From Candidatus Baldrarchaeota archaeon (GTDB lineage Archaea; Asgardarchaeota; Baldrarchaeia; Baldrarchaeales; DXJG01), in NCBI GenBank assembly GCA_019056805.1, contig DXJG01000006.1, forward strand, positions 51-32,050: a DNA stretch of 32,000 nt, in the 5' to 3' direction. A program made the position numbers and the translations under genes. Below the pieces are notes generated by a model. It was not told the DNA's origin. It saw nothing but the letters and a program-made list of their open reading frames with translations, and made no database searches. Numbering within the stretch: position 1 is the first letter of the stretch; every line of letters starts with the position of its first letter. Shown in pieces: positions 1 to 8,838 of this stretch.

Positions 1-203
1 TGTTTTTAAACGCTAACTTGTAAGTTCTAAGTTGTTGCTATATTCTTAGAAAAAGCGAAATAGCTAAAATAATAGGTGTAAAAATTTTAGTAAATATTCA
101 AAATACTTGAAGAAGACATATTCTGTGTTGTATTCTTATATAAAAATATTTATAAGTATACAAAGGGGAGAAATTATACTTAGTATACTTAGTGGTGATT
201 TAG

Positions 204-464
204 TTGTCAACTATTAAGGTTAAGAAGGAAACTTTATTGAAGTTAACGAAGTTGGTTGGATATTTAACTGAGAAAACTGGAAAGAGAATGACTTATGATG
301 ATGTTATACGTTATTTAATCAGTAATTTTGACAAAAAAGAAATATTAAAAGAGAAAAAAATCGACGAGTTTACTCAAAAATTATTATCATATGTTGAAAA
401 ATCGTTTTTGGGTGCTGGACCAGAAGACTTTGAAGAATATGAGTATGAAGATTTAGGGGATTAA
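204..464 (+). CDS. Putative antitoxin (RHH-like DNA-binding N-terminus, acidic C-terminus) of a type II TA pair
   Basis: TIKVKKETLLKL...TYDDVIRYLI resembles the archaeal RHH-like VapB pattern; acidic tail EDFEEYEYEDLGD; GGTGAT RBS before the TTG start; stop is 1 nt before the PIN gene start. Confidence 0.7.
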   Translation: MSTIKVKKETLLKLTKLVGYLTEKTGKRMTYDDVIRYLISNFDKKEILKEKKIDEFTQKLLSYVEKSFLGAGPEDFEEYEYEDLGD

Positions 465-465
465 A

Positions 466-945
466 ATGAATGTTTTTGTCGATACAGAAATATGGAGTTT
501 TGCTCAGAAAGTACCTGCAAAAGAAAAGTTTATGGATAAACTAAAGTATGAGAAGTTTTTAAAGGCACATATTGAAGCAAAAAGTTTTTTGAAAAAAGTT
601 TTAAGCGAAGAAATAATTTACATGTCACTTCATCAAGTTGCAGAAATTTTTCACGTTTTAGGATTCAGAGGTTTTAAACTACCCATAGACTTTGTTACAG
701 AATATGTAAATGCCTTAATACTTTCTGAGCGTGTGATAAAAATACCAGTCACAATTAATCACTTTCAAGAGGCTTTAAAATTAAGTAAAGAAAGCGGAAT
801 ACACATATGGGATTTCCTTTGTATAATACCAATAAAAGAATACATAGACAGAATATATACTGTTGACAAACATTTCCTCCACAAAACTTTCCAAAAACTA
901 GGAATAAAAATAGAAAACCCACTAAAAATATGGATAAAAGTCTAA
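466..945 (+). CDS. vapC: PIN-domain ribonuclease toxin (VapC family)
   Basis: PIN acidic quartet visible: VFVDTE, QVAEIF, IWDFL, TVDKHF; 159 aa; directly downstream of a small antitoxin-like gene. Confidence 0.8.
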   Translation: MNVFVDTEIWSFAQKVPAKEKFMDKLKYEKFLKAHIEAKSFLKKVLSEEIIYMSLHQVAEIFHVLGFRGFKLPIDFVTEYVNALILSERVIKIPVTINHFQEALKLSKESGIHIWDFLCIIPIKEYIDRIYTVDKHFLHKTFQKLGIKIENPLKIWIKV

Positions 946-1077
946 CCGAGAGTAAAATAATGCTTAAATGAAATTTTTAGGGGAAATTGATTTTGATAAA
1001 ATATGGAATATTATTCTAAGCTGACTTTACTGAAAGTTGTCAAATAAATAGCTATAGATGTGATATATTTGGGGAAT

Positions 1078-1854
1078 ATGCATGTTTCCTCACTTAACTA
1101 TGATATTTGGAAAGCTGTAACTCATCTTTACTTAAATGATCCATTAAATCATGTTTACCTCATGTATGACCTTATCTACGAGTTAAATAAGGTTGATATC
1201 TACTTTCAATTAGCTGGTAAGAAAATTATCGGCTACCTGCTTATTTGGAAGGGATTTGACACTCCTGGTGTTCATATATGGGGTAGTACCCGTGAAAATT
1301 AGTTTTACCTATCGAACGATCAATGGATATCCAAGTATACAGTGAAGATTTATTGAATCTCTTAGTTAAATATCTTAAATCCAAGGGAAATAATGTAACT
1401 GTAAAAACGTATCTTAATATGGTTGTAGATGAGGGTAGCTTTAAACCATACAGCCCTGAGAAGGTCATTAGACTTAGTGAGAAAGACTTAAACTTTTTCA
1501 TGGAGATTAAGAAGGTTCAAGGCCGTATGATGACTAAAGATTCAGCTAGAGATTTAATAAGAAAATGGAGGTACTATGGTCTTTATGTTGATAATGGGTT
1601 AGTAGCTATAGCATGGTCCTACTCTAAAAATGAATGAAGTGTGGATAATAGGTGATGTATTTACTCACCCAGATTATAGAGGTAGAGGTTATGCGAAGAT
1701 AGTTACATCAGCAGTAACGAAAGACGCAGTAACTGCGGGAGCAAAAACATTTTTACACGTAAAAGAAGATAGCATCTCTGCAATTAAAGTCTATAAAGCA
1801 TTAGGCTACAAAGTTTTAGGCAAAAGACAATGGATATTCTACAATAAAACATAG
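1078..1854 (+). pseudogene. GNAT-family N-acetyltransferase (C-terminal FR47-like domain), split into three ORFs by two homopolymer indels
   Basis: ORFs 1060-1302, 1323-1637 and 1630-1854 join if one A is added in the A4 run (1295-1298) and one removed in the A5 run (1626-1630). This reads ...HIWGSTREKLVLPIERSMDIQV...AWSYSKMNEVWIIGDVFTHPDYRGRGYA, containing the GNAT acetyl-CoA motif. ATG at 1078 follows a GGGG RBS. Confidence 0.8.
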
Positions 1855-1918
1855 GAACAAATAAAATAGTTGAAATTAATATTAACATTATTAGGAACAG
1901 TATATTGAGGGTAAAACC

Positions 1919-3313
1919 TTGGATTTTGATGAAATTGTAGAATATTATTCTAAGCCGATTGTGAGAAAGGAAATTGTAGAGTATTCACGAGGCAGATGGA
2001 TTGCTATACATACGTTAAGAGGGGGATTAACAGGACTTTTTGTCCGATATTGGAGTAAAACTGGGCCACCGCTACATATTTCTAAAGAAGAAGATCTGGA
2101 TGGGTTGATGAAGAGGTTTCGGGGTTTAAGACCTAGAACCTTTTATGCATCCATAAACGTATATTCTAGGATTTTAAGGAGAGAAGATGTAGAGAATCCT
2201 GACAATATTCTATATACTACTCCTATATGGGATATTGATGGATCTTTAGAATACTGGGACAAAGTTATCGACGTAGCGAGAGTAATAGTTGATGAACTTG
2301 AAAAAGAAGGAGTTTCAAAATCAATATATCTTAAATGGTCTGGAAGAGGAATACATATCCATTTACATGAAAAAGCCATTTCAAGCGACGTTTTGTCGAA
2401 ACATCACCCTCTAGATATAGCTTACTCAATCGTCGACTACATAATTAAAAAGTGTACAGATAAAATCGTTGAAATCATAAAAAATGTTACAGGTGGAGAA
2501 AGACCGTTAAAAGTCGAAAATGAAATGGACCTTAAAAGAGTATTTACAGTTCCTCTTTCACTCCATAAATCTCTGGACTATGCGGTTATATGCTTTAAAC
2601 CTAATGAACTAGATGAATTTACTACCGAATGGGCTAAGCCCGACGTATTAAAACACAATACTGATTGGAGAAGTTATAGTGAAGGAGAAGCTGACGCACT
2701 TGCTTTGAAAGCTATGAAGGAAATTGGAGGATACTTTAAGAGGGTTGGCGAAATTAGAACCGTTGTGCAAACCGTAGAACCTACAATTACTAGGAAGGTT
2801 AGTAGAAAACCTACTATGAAAGTAGGTAGATTTCAAGTTATGGCCCTTCTTCAAGCAGCAAGATACTATCTTTTAACCGGAGATCTTGAAAAAGCGAAAT
2901 CTTTTGGCCTTAATAGAGCTATATTTTATGCTTGGGCTAAATATCATGGTAGAGATAGAATATTTAAGAGAAAACTAACGGGTAGAGAAAAAGAGGTTGA
3001 ATATACCGTTGAACGAGGGAGAAGACTGGTTTATGTTGGCGATGAGGGAGCCTTTATGTCTGAACGTGGATGGTTCATAATTGGTGATAAAGAACAATTA
3101 CCTAGTGATTATGATAAAGAAATTGCTAGAAAAATAGACTCTATTGTTCCATACGATTTAGCTTGGAAAAGTGCCGTGGAATATTTAAAGAAATTCCCCA
3201 AAAACGTTTTACTAAATCAGCAAAAATTTTTCAATGAGGCGTATAAGAGAGTGAGAGATATCTTCATAGATAAAATTGTTAAAGTCAAAGGATTTGATAG
3301 GCCTTTATCATAA
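1919..3313 (+). CDS. Archaeo-eukaryotic primase (AEP) superfamily primase-polymerase fused to an unrecognised C-terminal domain
   Basis: AEP motif I WDIDG, motif II KWSGRGIHIH, motif III region ENEMDLKRVFTVPLSLH; low-complexity linker (TVVQTVEPTITRKVSRKPT), then a ~160-aa domain starting GRFQVMALLQAAR. Confidence 0.75.
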   Translation: MDFDEIVEYYSKPIVRKEIVEYSRGRWIAIHTLRGGLTGLFVRYWSKTGPPLHISKEEDLDGLMKRFRGLRPRTFYASINVYSRILRREDVENPDNILYTTPIWDIDGSLEYWDKVIDVARVIVDELEKEGVSKSIYLKWSGRGIHIHLHEKAISSDVLSKHHPLDIAYSIVDYIIKKCTDKIVEIIKNVTGGERPLKVENEMDLKRVFTVPLSLHKSLDYAVICFKPNELDEFTTEWAKPDVLKHNTDWRSYSEGEADALALKAMKEIGGYFKRVGEIRTVVQTVEPTITRKVSRKPTMKVGRFQVMALLQAARYYLLTGDLEKAKSFGLNRAIFYAWAKYHGRDRIFKRKLTGREKEVEYTVERGRRLVYVGDEGAFMSERGWFIIGDKEQLPSDYDKEIARKIDSIVPYDLAWKSAVEYLKKFPKNVLLNQQKFFNEAYKRVRDIFIDKIVKVKGFDRPLS

Positions 3314-3322
3314 TTTTTAATT

Positions 3323-4594
3323 TTATTTCTCTGCTTTAGGCAGTGGCGGTATCAAAGGAACTTTTGCTGGTGCTATTCTTCTCGTCTCCTTTAACAGCAA
3401 GAAGGAAAGAGCAGTTATTGCTCTCAAAATTACACTTATCGTTAACACCGTGTTTAAAGCTTGTATTTCGCTTTGAAACGTTTGGAAAAACATACCTAGA
3501 TAGCCACTAAACATTGGACCTATGGAAAAGGCTAAACCAGTTATCGTGTTATATGTAGCGAAGTAAGTTCCTCGTTCATGTTCCCCTGAAACATCCAATA
3601 TATAAGCTGAGATGGCAACCATAGATAATCCGTTAGATATACCACCTATAATATTCGCAAGATAAACATAATACATATTTTGAGATAAAATAAATAGAAA
3701 CGGGTACAAAGGTAACATTATTCGCGATACCACTATTATCGGCTTTCTTCCAAACCTATCTGCAAGCTTACCCAAGTAAAATTGACTTAAAGAAGCAGTA
3801 ACCCCAAATATTATCGATGCAATAGCTATTTCAAATTTAGAAGCTTGCAATTTCCTTATCATTACAACCGAGAAATAAGGCCAAGACATACTCATAGCTA
3901 CTCCAAAAATCACCTCTAAAGAACAAAGTCTTCGAAAATACTTATTCTTAAGAGTTTCCTTAATTGCTCTTTTTAACCCTTGATAGACGGGTGTACCTCC
4001 ATCCTCAACCGGCTCCCTAAACTTCAAAATGAGTAGAGATCCTAATACGCCGAAAATAGCGGCTGCTGTAAAAGCAAAAGTATATTGAGATTCTAAAGTA
4101 GCTCCCATTATCCAAGTCATAACTATTCCCGCTATAGCTGTTGCAGACACTCTCGCTGCAAAAGCTATTCCATTTATTTTACCAAGAGCTTTTCCTCGGA
4201 CTTTTTCAGGTATTATTTTGCCTAGTAAAGCGTTCCATGCTGGTACTGCAGCAGACAATATAACAAAGTGAATAGCCAGGAACAATGCAAAAAGCATTGG
4301 GGTTTTAGCAAAGAGAAATAAGAGTATTAAAGTACTACCTACAAGATATCCGAAAAACATGAAGGGTTTCCGTTTTCCTATTTTATCTGATAGTCCTCCC
4401 CAAATTGGTTGTAATATTGTTGGCGCAGCGGTGCTAACAGCTGTTATTATACCCATTTCACCGTAAGTTGCCTCTCTTTCCACCGCATATATGTTAAGGT
4501 ATGGTTGGTATAACCCTCCACTGAATGAGAGGAAACATGCTGTAGCATATATTACTGGTGGAATACCACTGTTCTTACTGTCTTCATTGGCCAT
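3323..4594 (-). CDS. Major facilitator superfamily transporter
   Basis: About 12 hydrophobic segments; MFS motif A twice (GGLSDKIGKRK, GKLADRFGRK). Start placed at ATG 4594 (MANEDS) after a GGGGG RBS rather than at 4666. Confidence 0.9.
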   Translation of the reverse strand: MANEDSKNSGIPPVIYATACFLSFSGGLYQPYLNIYAVEREATYGEMGIITAVSTAAPTILQPIWGGLSDKIGKRKPFMFFGYLVGSTLILLFLFAKTPMLFALFLAIHFVILSAAVPAWNALLGKIIPEKVRGKALGKINGIAFAARVSATAIAGIVMTWIMGATLESQYTFAFTAAAIFGVLGSLLILKFREPVEDGGTPVYQGLKRAIKETLKNKYFRRLCSLEVIFGVAMSMSWPYFSVVMIRKLQASKFEIAIASIIFGVTASLSQFYLGKLADRFGRKPIIVVSRIMLPLYPFLFILSQNMYYVYLANIIGGISNGLSMVAISAYILDVSGEHERGTYFATYNTITGLAFSIGPMFSGYLGMFFQTFQSEIQALNTVLTISVILRAITALSFLLLKETRRIAPAKVPLIPPLPKAEK

Positions 4595-4831
4595 CGCTCT
4601 TAATCCCCCGCAGTACACATGCAACAAACCAATAAGATTTAAACCTATCGATACCGGCTTTAACAATGTATTAATTAGTAGTCGGGCGAGTTAAACAAAT
4701 AAGAAAAGCTCCACACACTACATTTGTTAAAGAGAAGACAATAAAGTTATTTACATAATTTAAATATTAAATTCATAACCAAGAGGACTAGTATGTGGCA
4801 TCAAAATTAAAACATCAATTGAGATGGTCGT

Positions 4832-5326
4832 ATGTTCAAAAACAAAATTCCTTTAATTGTTTTATCTCTTTTAGCATTTCCTCTAGCCTCGATATTTGGA
4901 TATTTCACTTACCACTATTTTCACCTAGCCGCATTAAGCATACATGAGGCTATACCTGATGAAGCTGTCCTTTTTCTCCCAGTTTTCGCCACTTTGTGGC
5001 TTATTCCAACATCTATTGTTGTTCATTTTTCAGCTAAACATTTACATGGAAAAGGAAGCTACTTGCAAGACCTTGCTGCACTTGGCTTAGCTTTAGCTTT
5101 TGTGGACTTACTTATGTGGTTTGGCTGGCTTGGAGGACCATTAACCTTCTGGTTAGCGCTTGTAATATGTTTTTTCCCATATGTGCTACTACATGGCTGG
5201 TTGTTGAAAAATATTCATGAACTAGATTTATATCGTGCTATGTTTGTAGGCATAGCTGTTTTCTTAACTACACTCTTTGGTTTTATGGTAGCAGTAGAAT
5301 TGTTAGGATACTTGTACTGGTTATAG
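4832..5326 (+). CDS. Membrane protein, Yip1-like
   Basis: About 5 TM segments; HFSAKHLHGKGSY and LKNIHELDLYRA resemble prokaryotic Yip1-domain patterns (from memory). Confidence 0.5.
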   Translation: MFKNKIPLIVLSLLAFPLASIFGYFTYHYFHLAALSIHEAIPDEAVLFLPVFATLWLIPTSIVVHFSAKHLHGKGSYLQDLAALGLALAFVDLLMWFGWLGGPLTFWLALVICFFPYVLLHGWLLKNIHELDLYRAMFVGIAVFLTTLFGFMVAVELLGYLYWL

Positions 5327-5529
5327 GCAACAAGGCATGTACTTTCACGCTTTTATATTTAAAATTTTAAGGTAATGGATACTCCTCGTATTACTTAAGC
5401 TAAGTTATTAAGTTTTGTGAACAGCTTCATCAACATTTAAAATATAAGCTTAAAGAGAAATAAATGGATGTTATCTTCTACTAAATGTTTAAAGTTATTT
5501 CGTTTTACATTTTATGTTGGTGGTTTGCT

Positions 5530-5808
5530 ATGGCCTTGGTGCTAAATAACTCTGATAATGTTGCTGTTGCTTTAAGGGATTTGAAGCCAGGAGACGTTAT
5601 TAACGTATTCTTAGGGGACATGGTTAAAGTTGTTAAAATCAGAGATAAAATTCCTAAAGGACATAAATTTGCAATTAAAAATATCAAGAAGGGTGAAAAG
5701 GTTTTAAAATACGGTGAGATTATTGGCATCGCTTCTAAAGACATTTTAGAGGGAGAACATGTACATGTTCACAATGTTATAAGTTATTATAAGGTCTCTA
5801 TGGGATAA
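5530..5808 (+). CDS. UxaA-family dehydratase small (SAF-domain) subunit, SuyA-like
   Basis: DNVAVAL...IPKGHKFAIKNIKKGEKVLKYGEIIG...GEHVHVHN is the SAF signature; ATG 5530 follows a GGTGG RBS. Confidence 0.85.
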   Translation: MALVLNNSDNVAVALRDLKPGDVINVFLGDMVKVVKIRDKIPKGHKFAIKNIKKGEKVLKYGEIIGIASKDILEGEHVHVHNVISYYKVSMG

Positions 5809-5812
5809 GAAC

Positions 5813-6789
5813 ATGAAGTTAACTAATATGGAAAACAAGTGCAAGAGGGAACATCATAGTTCCGAATTGAATGATCAGTTATCAATAGTTTCTGAACTAT
5901 CTCTTGAGGATGTAAATCTTGTTAAGAAGATGTTTATTGAACATAAAGATGAGGAATTTGTTTATCTTCAAAACATTTACTTATATGACGTATTTTATCA
6001 CGCTAAATCTTCTAGCCCCCTCATAATAAAAATTGGAAACAACATCGTTGGAAGCTTATATGCTGCCAAATTTTTTTCAACTCAGGTTACATAGGTGGAG
6101 TACTTATACATCGAAAATATAGAAGAAAAGGCATCGGAACACTACTTCTTAAAAAAGCTTTAGAATGGCTAAAAACACCTCATACATTCCTTTTCGTCGA
6201 ACCTGAAAACATCGCTGCACAAAAATTGTTTAGGAAATGCGGATTCAAAATTCTCTATAGAAGAGTTATATGTCAAGGAGTATACAAACCAAGCAAAGCT
6301 CATGAAGATATTAAAACCTATGTCGATTTAAATGAACTTAGTGAAACTAAATGCTTTAATAAAAGACAAGGTGTCATACACCTAGGATATTACCCTGTTA
6401 AACTGAGCGAAAAAGCATTAAAAACTTTAGAAAGCCAAGGTAAAGTCCTAAACTACAAATCTACCACCCTAATTTATGAACTTTCTAAAATAGTTAAAAT
6501 GGGAGAATACGAATTCACCTTTAACAATTATATATTAGAGGAAATTAAAGATAAAATACCTCTTACCATAATGGGAAATGTTATTGAGATAAACCCCTTC
6601 CATAAAAAACTAGTCAAGAAAGATTTCTCCAAGTTATTAGAACACTTAAGACATTTGTACGGCAATATCCAAATGTATGTGTTGACCTATGAAAATGATC
6701 CAATCATAAAAGTACTAAAAGAGCTAGGTTTTAAATGTAGACTAGGGGCTTACGTAATGTGCGCCAATACCGTTAATGTTACATTATGA
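5813..6789 (+). pseudogene. Tandem GNAT-family acetyltransferase, frameshifted at a T7 run
   Basis: Adding one T in 6071-6077 joins ORF 5813-6094 to the frame of 6226-6789 through NSGYIGGVLIHRKYRRKGIGTLLLKKALEWL...LFVEPENIAAQKLFRKCGF (GNAT motifs A and B). The C-terminal LKELGF suggests a second, degenerate GNAT fold. Confidence 0.8.
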
Positions 6790-8000
6790 ATAAGGTAGAG
6801 AAAAATTCCAAAAATGTATGTGGTGATCATTTGCCTAGAAATATTGATTTTGAGGGTTATATTAGACCTGATGGAAGTGTTGGCGTTAGGAACCATGTTC
6901 TTGTTATTCCTACTGTTGTTTGTAGTGCTCATGTTGCTGAGAAAATTTCCTGTAGTGTCAACGGTTCTACTTGTATTGTTCATCAACATGGTTGTGCTCA
7001 AGCTGGGGAAGATCTTGAACGAACTTTTAAAATTCTTTCTGGCTTTGGGAAAAATCCTAATGTTGCAAGCGTTCTTATCGTTGCCTTGGGTTGTGAAGCT
7101 ATTTCATGTGAAAAGCTTGCCGATGAGATTTCTAAGTCAGGTAAACCTGTTGAAACTTTAATTATTCAAGAAGAAAAAGGGCTTAAAGAGGTCATTGAAA
7201 AGGGAATAAACATTGTTAGAAAACTTGTTGAAGAAGCTTCTCATCTTAAAAGAGAAAAGGTTGACTTAAGCGGCTTAATTGTTGCTGTTGAGTGTGGTGG
7301 TTCTGACTGGACTTCTGGTCTTGCTTCAAATCCAGCTGTTGGGTACGCGATGGATCTTATAGTTGATAATGGTGGTCGTATCGTTTTTTCTGAAACAACT
7401 GAAATTATTGGTGGAGAACGTATTTTAGCTAAGCGATGTATTAACGATAAAGTTCGAGAGAAACTGCTAAAAATTGTTTCTAGAGTTATTGAAAGAGCTA
7501 GATGCGAAGGTATCGACTTAATTGGCACTAATCCTGCCCCAGGAAACATTAAAGGAGGTCTCTCTACTATCGAGGAAAAATCTCTCGGAGCTATTCTTAA
7601 ATCTGGATCAAAAACCATCATAGATGTTTTAGAATATGGTGAAGAAATTCCTAGTAAGAGTGGATGCTATTTTATGGATACTCCCGGACAAGATGTAGAA
7701 TCTATTTGCGGCATGGTTGCTGGAGGAGCCCAACTCGTTGTCTTTACCACTGGTCTCGGTACACCAACCGGAAACCCTATTGTCCCAGTAATTAAAGTCA
7801 CTGGTAATCTTGATACCTTTAAGAAAATGCCAGATATTATCGATATTTATTTGGAAATTATTGAGGAAAAAGAGACTATCGAAGAAGCTGGTAGAAGAAT
7901 TTTTGGAAAAATTCTCGAAGTTGCTTCTGGCGTTAAAACTTGTTCAGAAATAAATGGAAATAAAGAATTTGCTATTTTTAGAACTGGATACACTTATTAA
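6786..8000 (+). CDS. UxaA/GarD-family dehydratase large subunit, SuyB-like
   Basis: GYIRPDGSVGVRNH, HQHGC, LGCE, ECGGSD, SETTE, GNIKGGLSTIEEKSLG, DTPG, FTTGLGTP; lacks the N-terminal SAF domain. Confidence 0.9.
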   Translation: MNKVEKNSKNVCGDHLPRNIDFEGYIRPDGSVGVRNHVLVIPTVVCSAHVAEKISCSVNGSTCIVHQHGCAQAGEDLERTFKILSGFGKNPNVASVLIVALGCEAISCEKLADEISKSGKPVETLIIQEEKGLKEVIEKGINIVRKLVEEASHLKREKVDLSGLIVAVECGGSDWTSGLASNPAVGYAMDLIVDNGGRIVFSETTEIIGGERILAKRCINDKVREKLLKIVSRVIERARCEGIDLIGTNPAPGNIKGGLSTIEEKSLGAILKSGSKTIIDVLEYGEEIPSKSGCYFMDTPGQDVESICGMVAGGAQLVVFTTGLGTPTGNPIVPVIKVTGNLDTFKKMPDIIDIYLEIIEEKETIEEAGRRIFGKILEVASGVKTCSEINGNKEFAIFRTGYTY

Positions 8001-8023
8001 CATAACTTAACAGTATTTTTAGT

Positions 8024-8701
8024 TCATAGAAGAGATTTATGTTCAAGCTTCTGTTTTATTTTTTCTATTATGTTTAGTTCTTGAAGCATATTATGTGTTT
8101 TCGTGTTTTTTCCAACCTTGATAAACTCTATGAGATCTTCCGGTTTATCTATATCAAGAGCTATCCTTGGATTTTTATAAACTTTAAAATGCACATTATT
8201 CGCTAACGCTATCTCTCGATGTTTCTCAAAACTTCCAACTCCGTATCTAGGTGAAATTATATTTGGCGGCTGTCTAAATAAAAGATTTGTACCATAGCCG
8301 TCTTTTGAAGGCGAAATTACCACTATTTCTTCAATGTTTTTTCCCATAGATACTGCTTCATCTATATCCTCCGGTTTAATTAATGGAATGTCCATGGGAA
8401 CTATTGTAACATTTTTTGCACCCATTTTCATACAATAATTGGTAGCTATCATTAATGACTCATTTAACCCTTTACCACTGTCATGTAGTGCCCTTATTCC
8501 AAAATTTTTAGCTTTTGCAAGAACTTTAACATCATTGGTAACCACGATTGTGTAATCGAGTTGTTTTGAACGAATTAAAGCATTTACAACATCTTCAAAC
8601 ATCGTTAGGCAGAGTAAATGGCGTTCATGTTCCTCTAATAGAGGCGCTAGTCTATGTTTTGCTTTATCTAACACTTTTACAGGAACTATTGCAAAAGACA
8701 A
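8024..8701 (-). CDS. cofC: 2-phospho-L-lactate/PEP guanylyltransferase (F420 biosynthesis)
   Basis: AIVPVK...AKHRL, MDIPLI, DGYGTNLL, YGVGSFEKH, LDIDKPEDL. Confidence 0.9.
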   Translation of the reverse strand: MSFAIVPVKVLDKAKHRLAPLLEEHERHLLCLTMFEDVVNALIRSKQLDYTIVVTNDVKVLAKAKNFGIRALHDSGKGLNESLMIATNYCMKMGAKNVTIVPMDIPLIKPEDIDEAVSMGKNIEEIVVISPSKDGYGTNLLFRQPPNIISPRYGVGSFEKHREIALANNVHFKVYKNPRIALDIDKPEDLIEFIKVGKNTKTHNMLQELNIIEKIKQKLEHKSLL

Positions 8702-8838
8702 ATTACCACAACTCCCTTACCATTATTCCACTCAATGTTAGGCACTCTACGGCATCTTTGCAAGTTAATTTTTATCTTTAACCTGTATAAACTTTTATTT
8801 GAAGCTTCCGTATCCTAGATTTTAAGTGTTTATTAACT

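Noticed and set aside
1300-6094. Pyrrolysine-type readthrough of the TAG stops at 1300-1302 and 6092-6094
   Set aside because: The downstream coding continues in a different frame, so readthrough would not restore the proteins.
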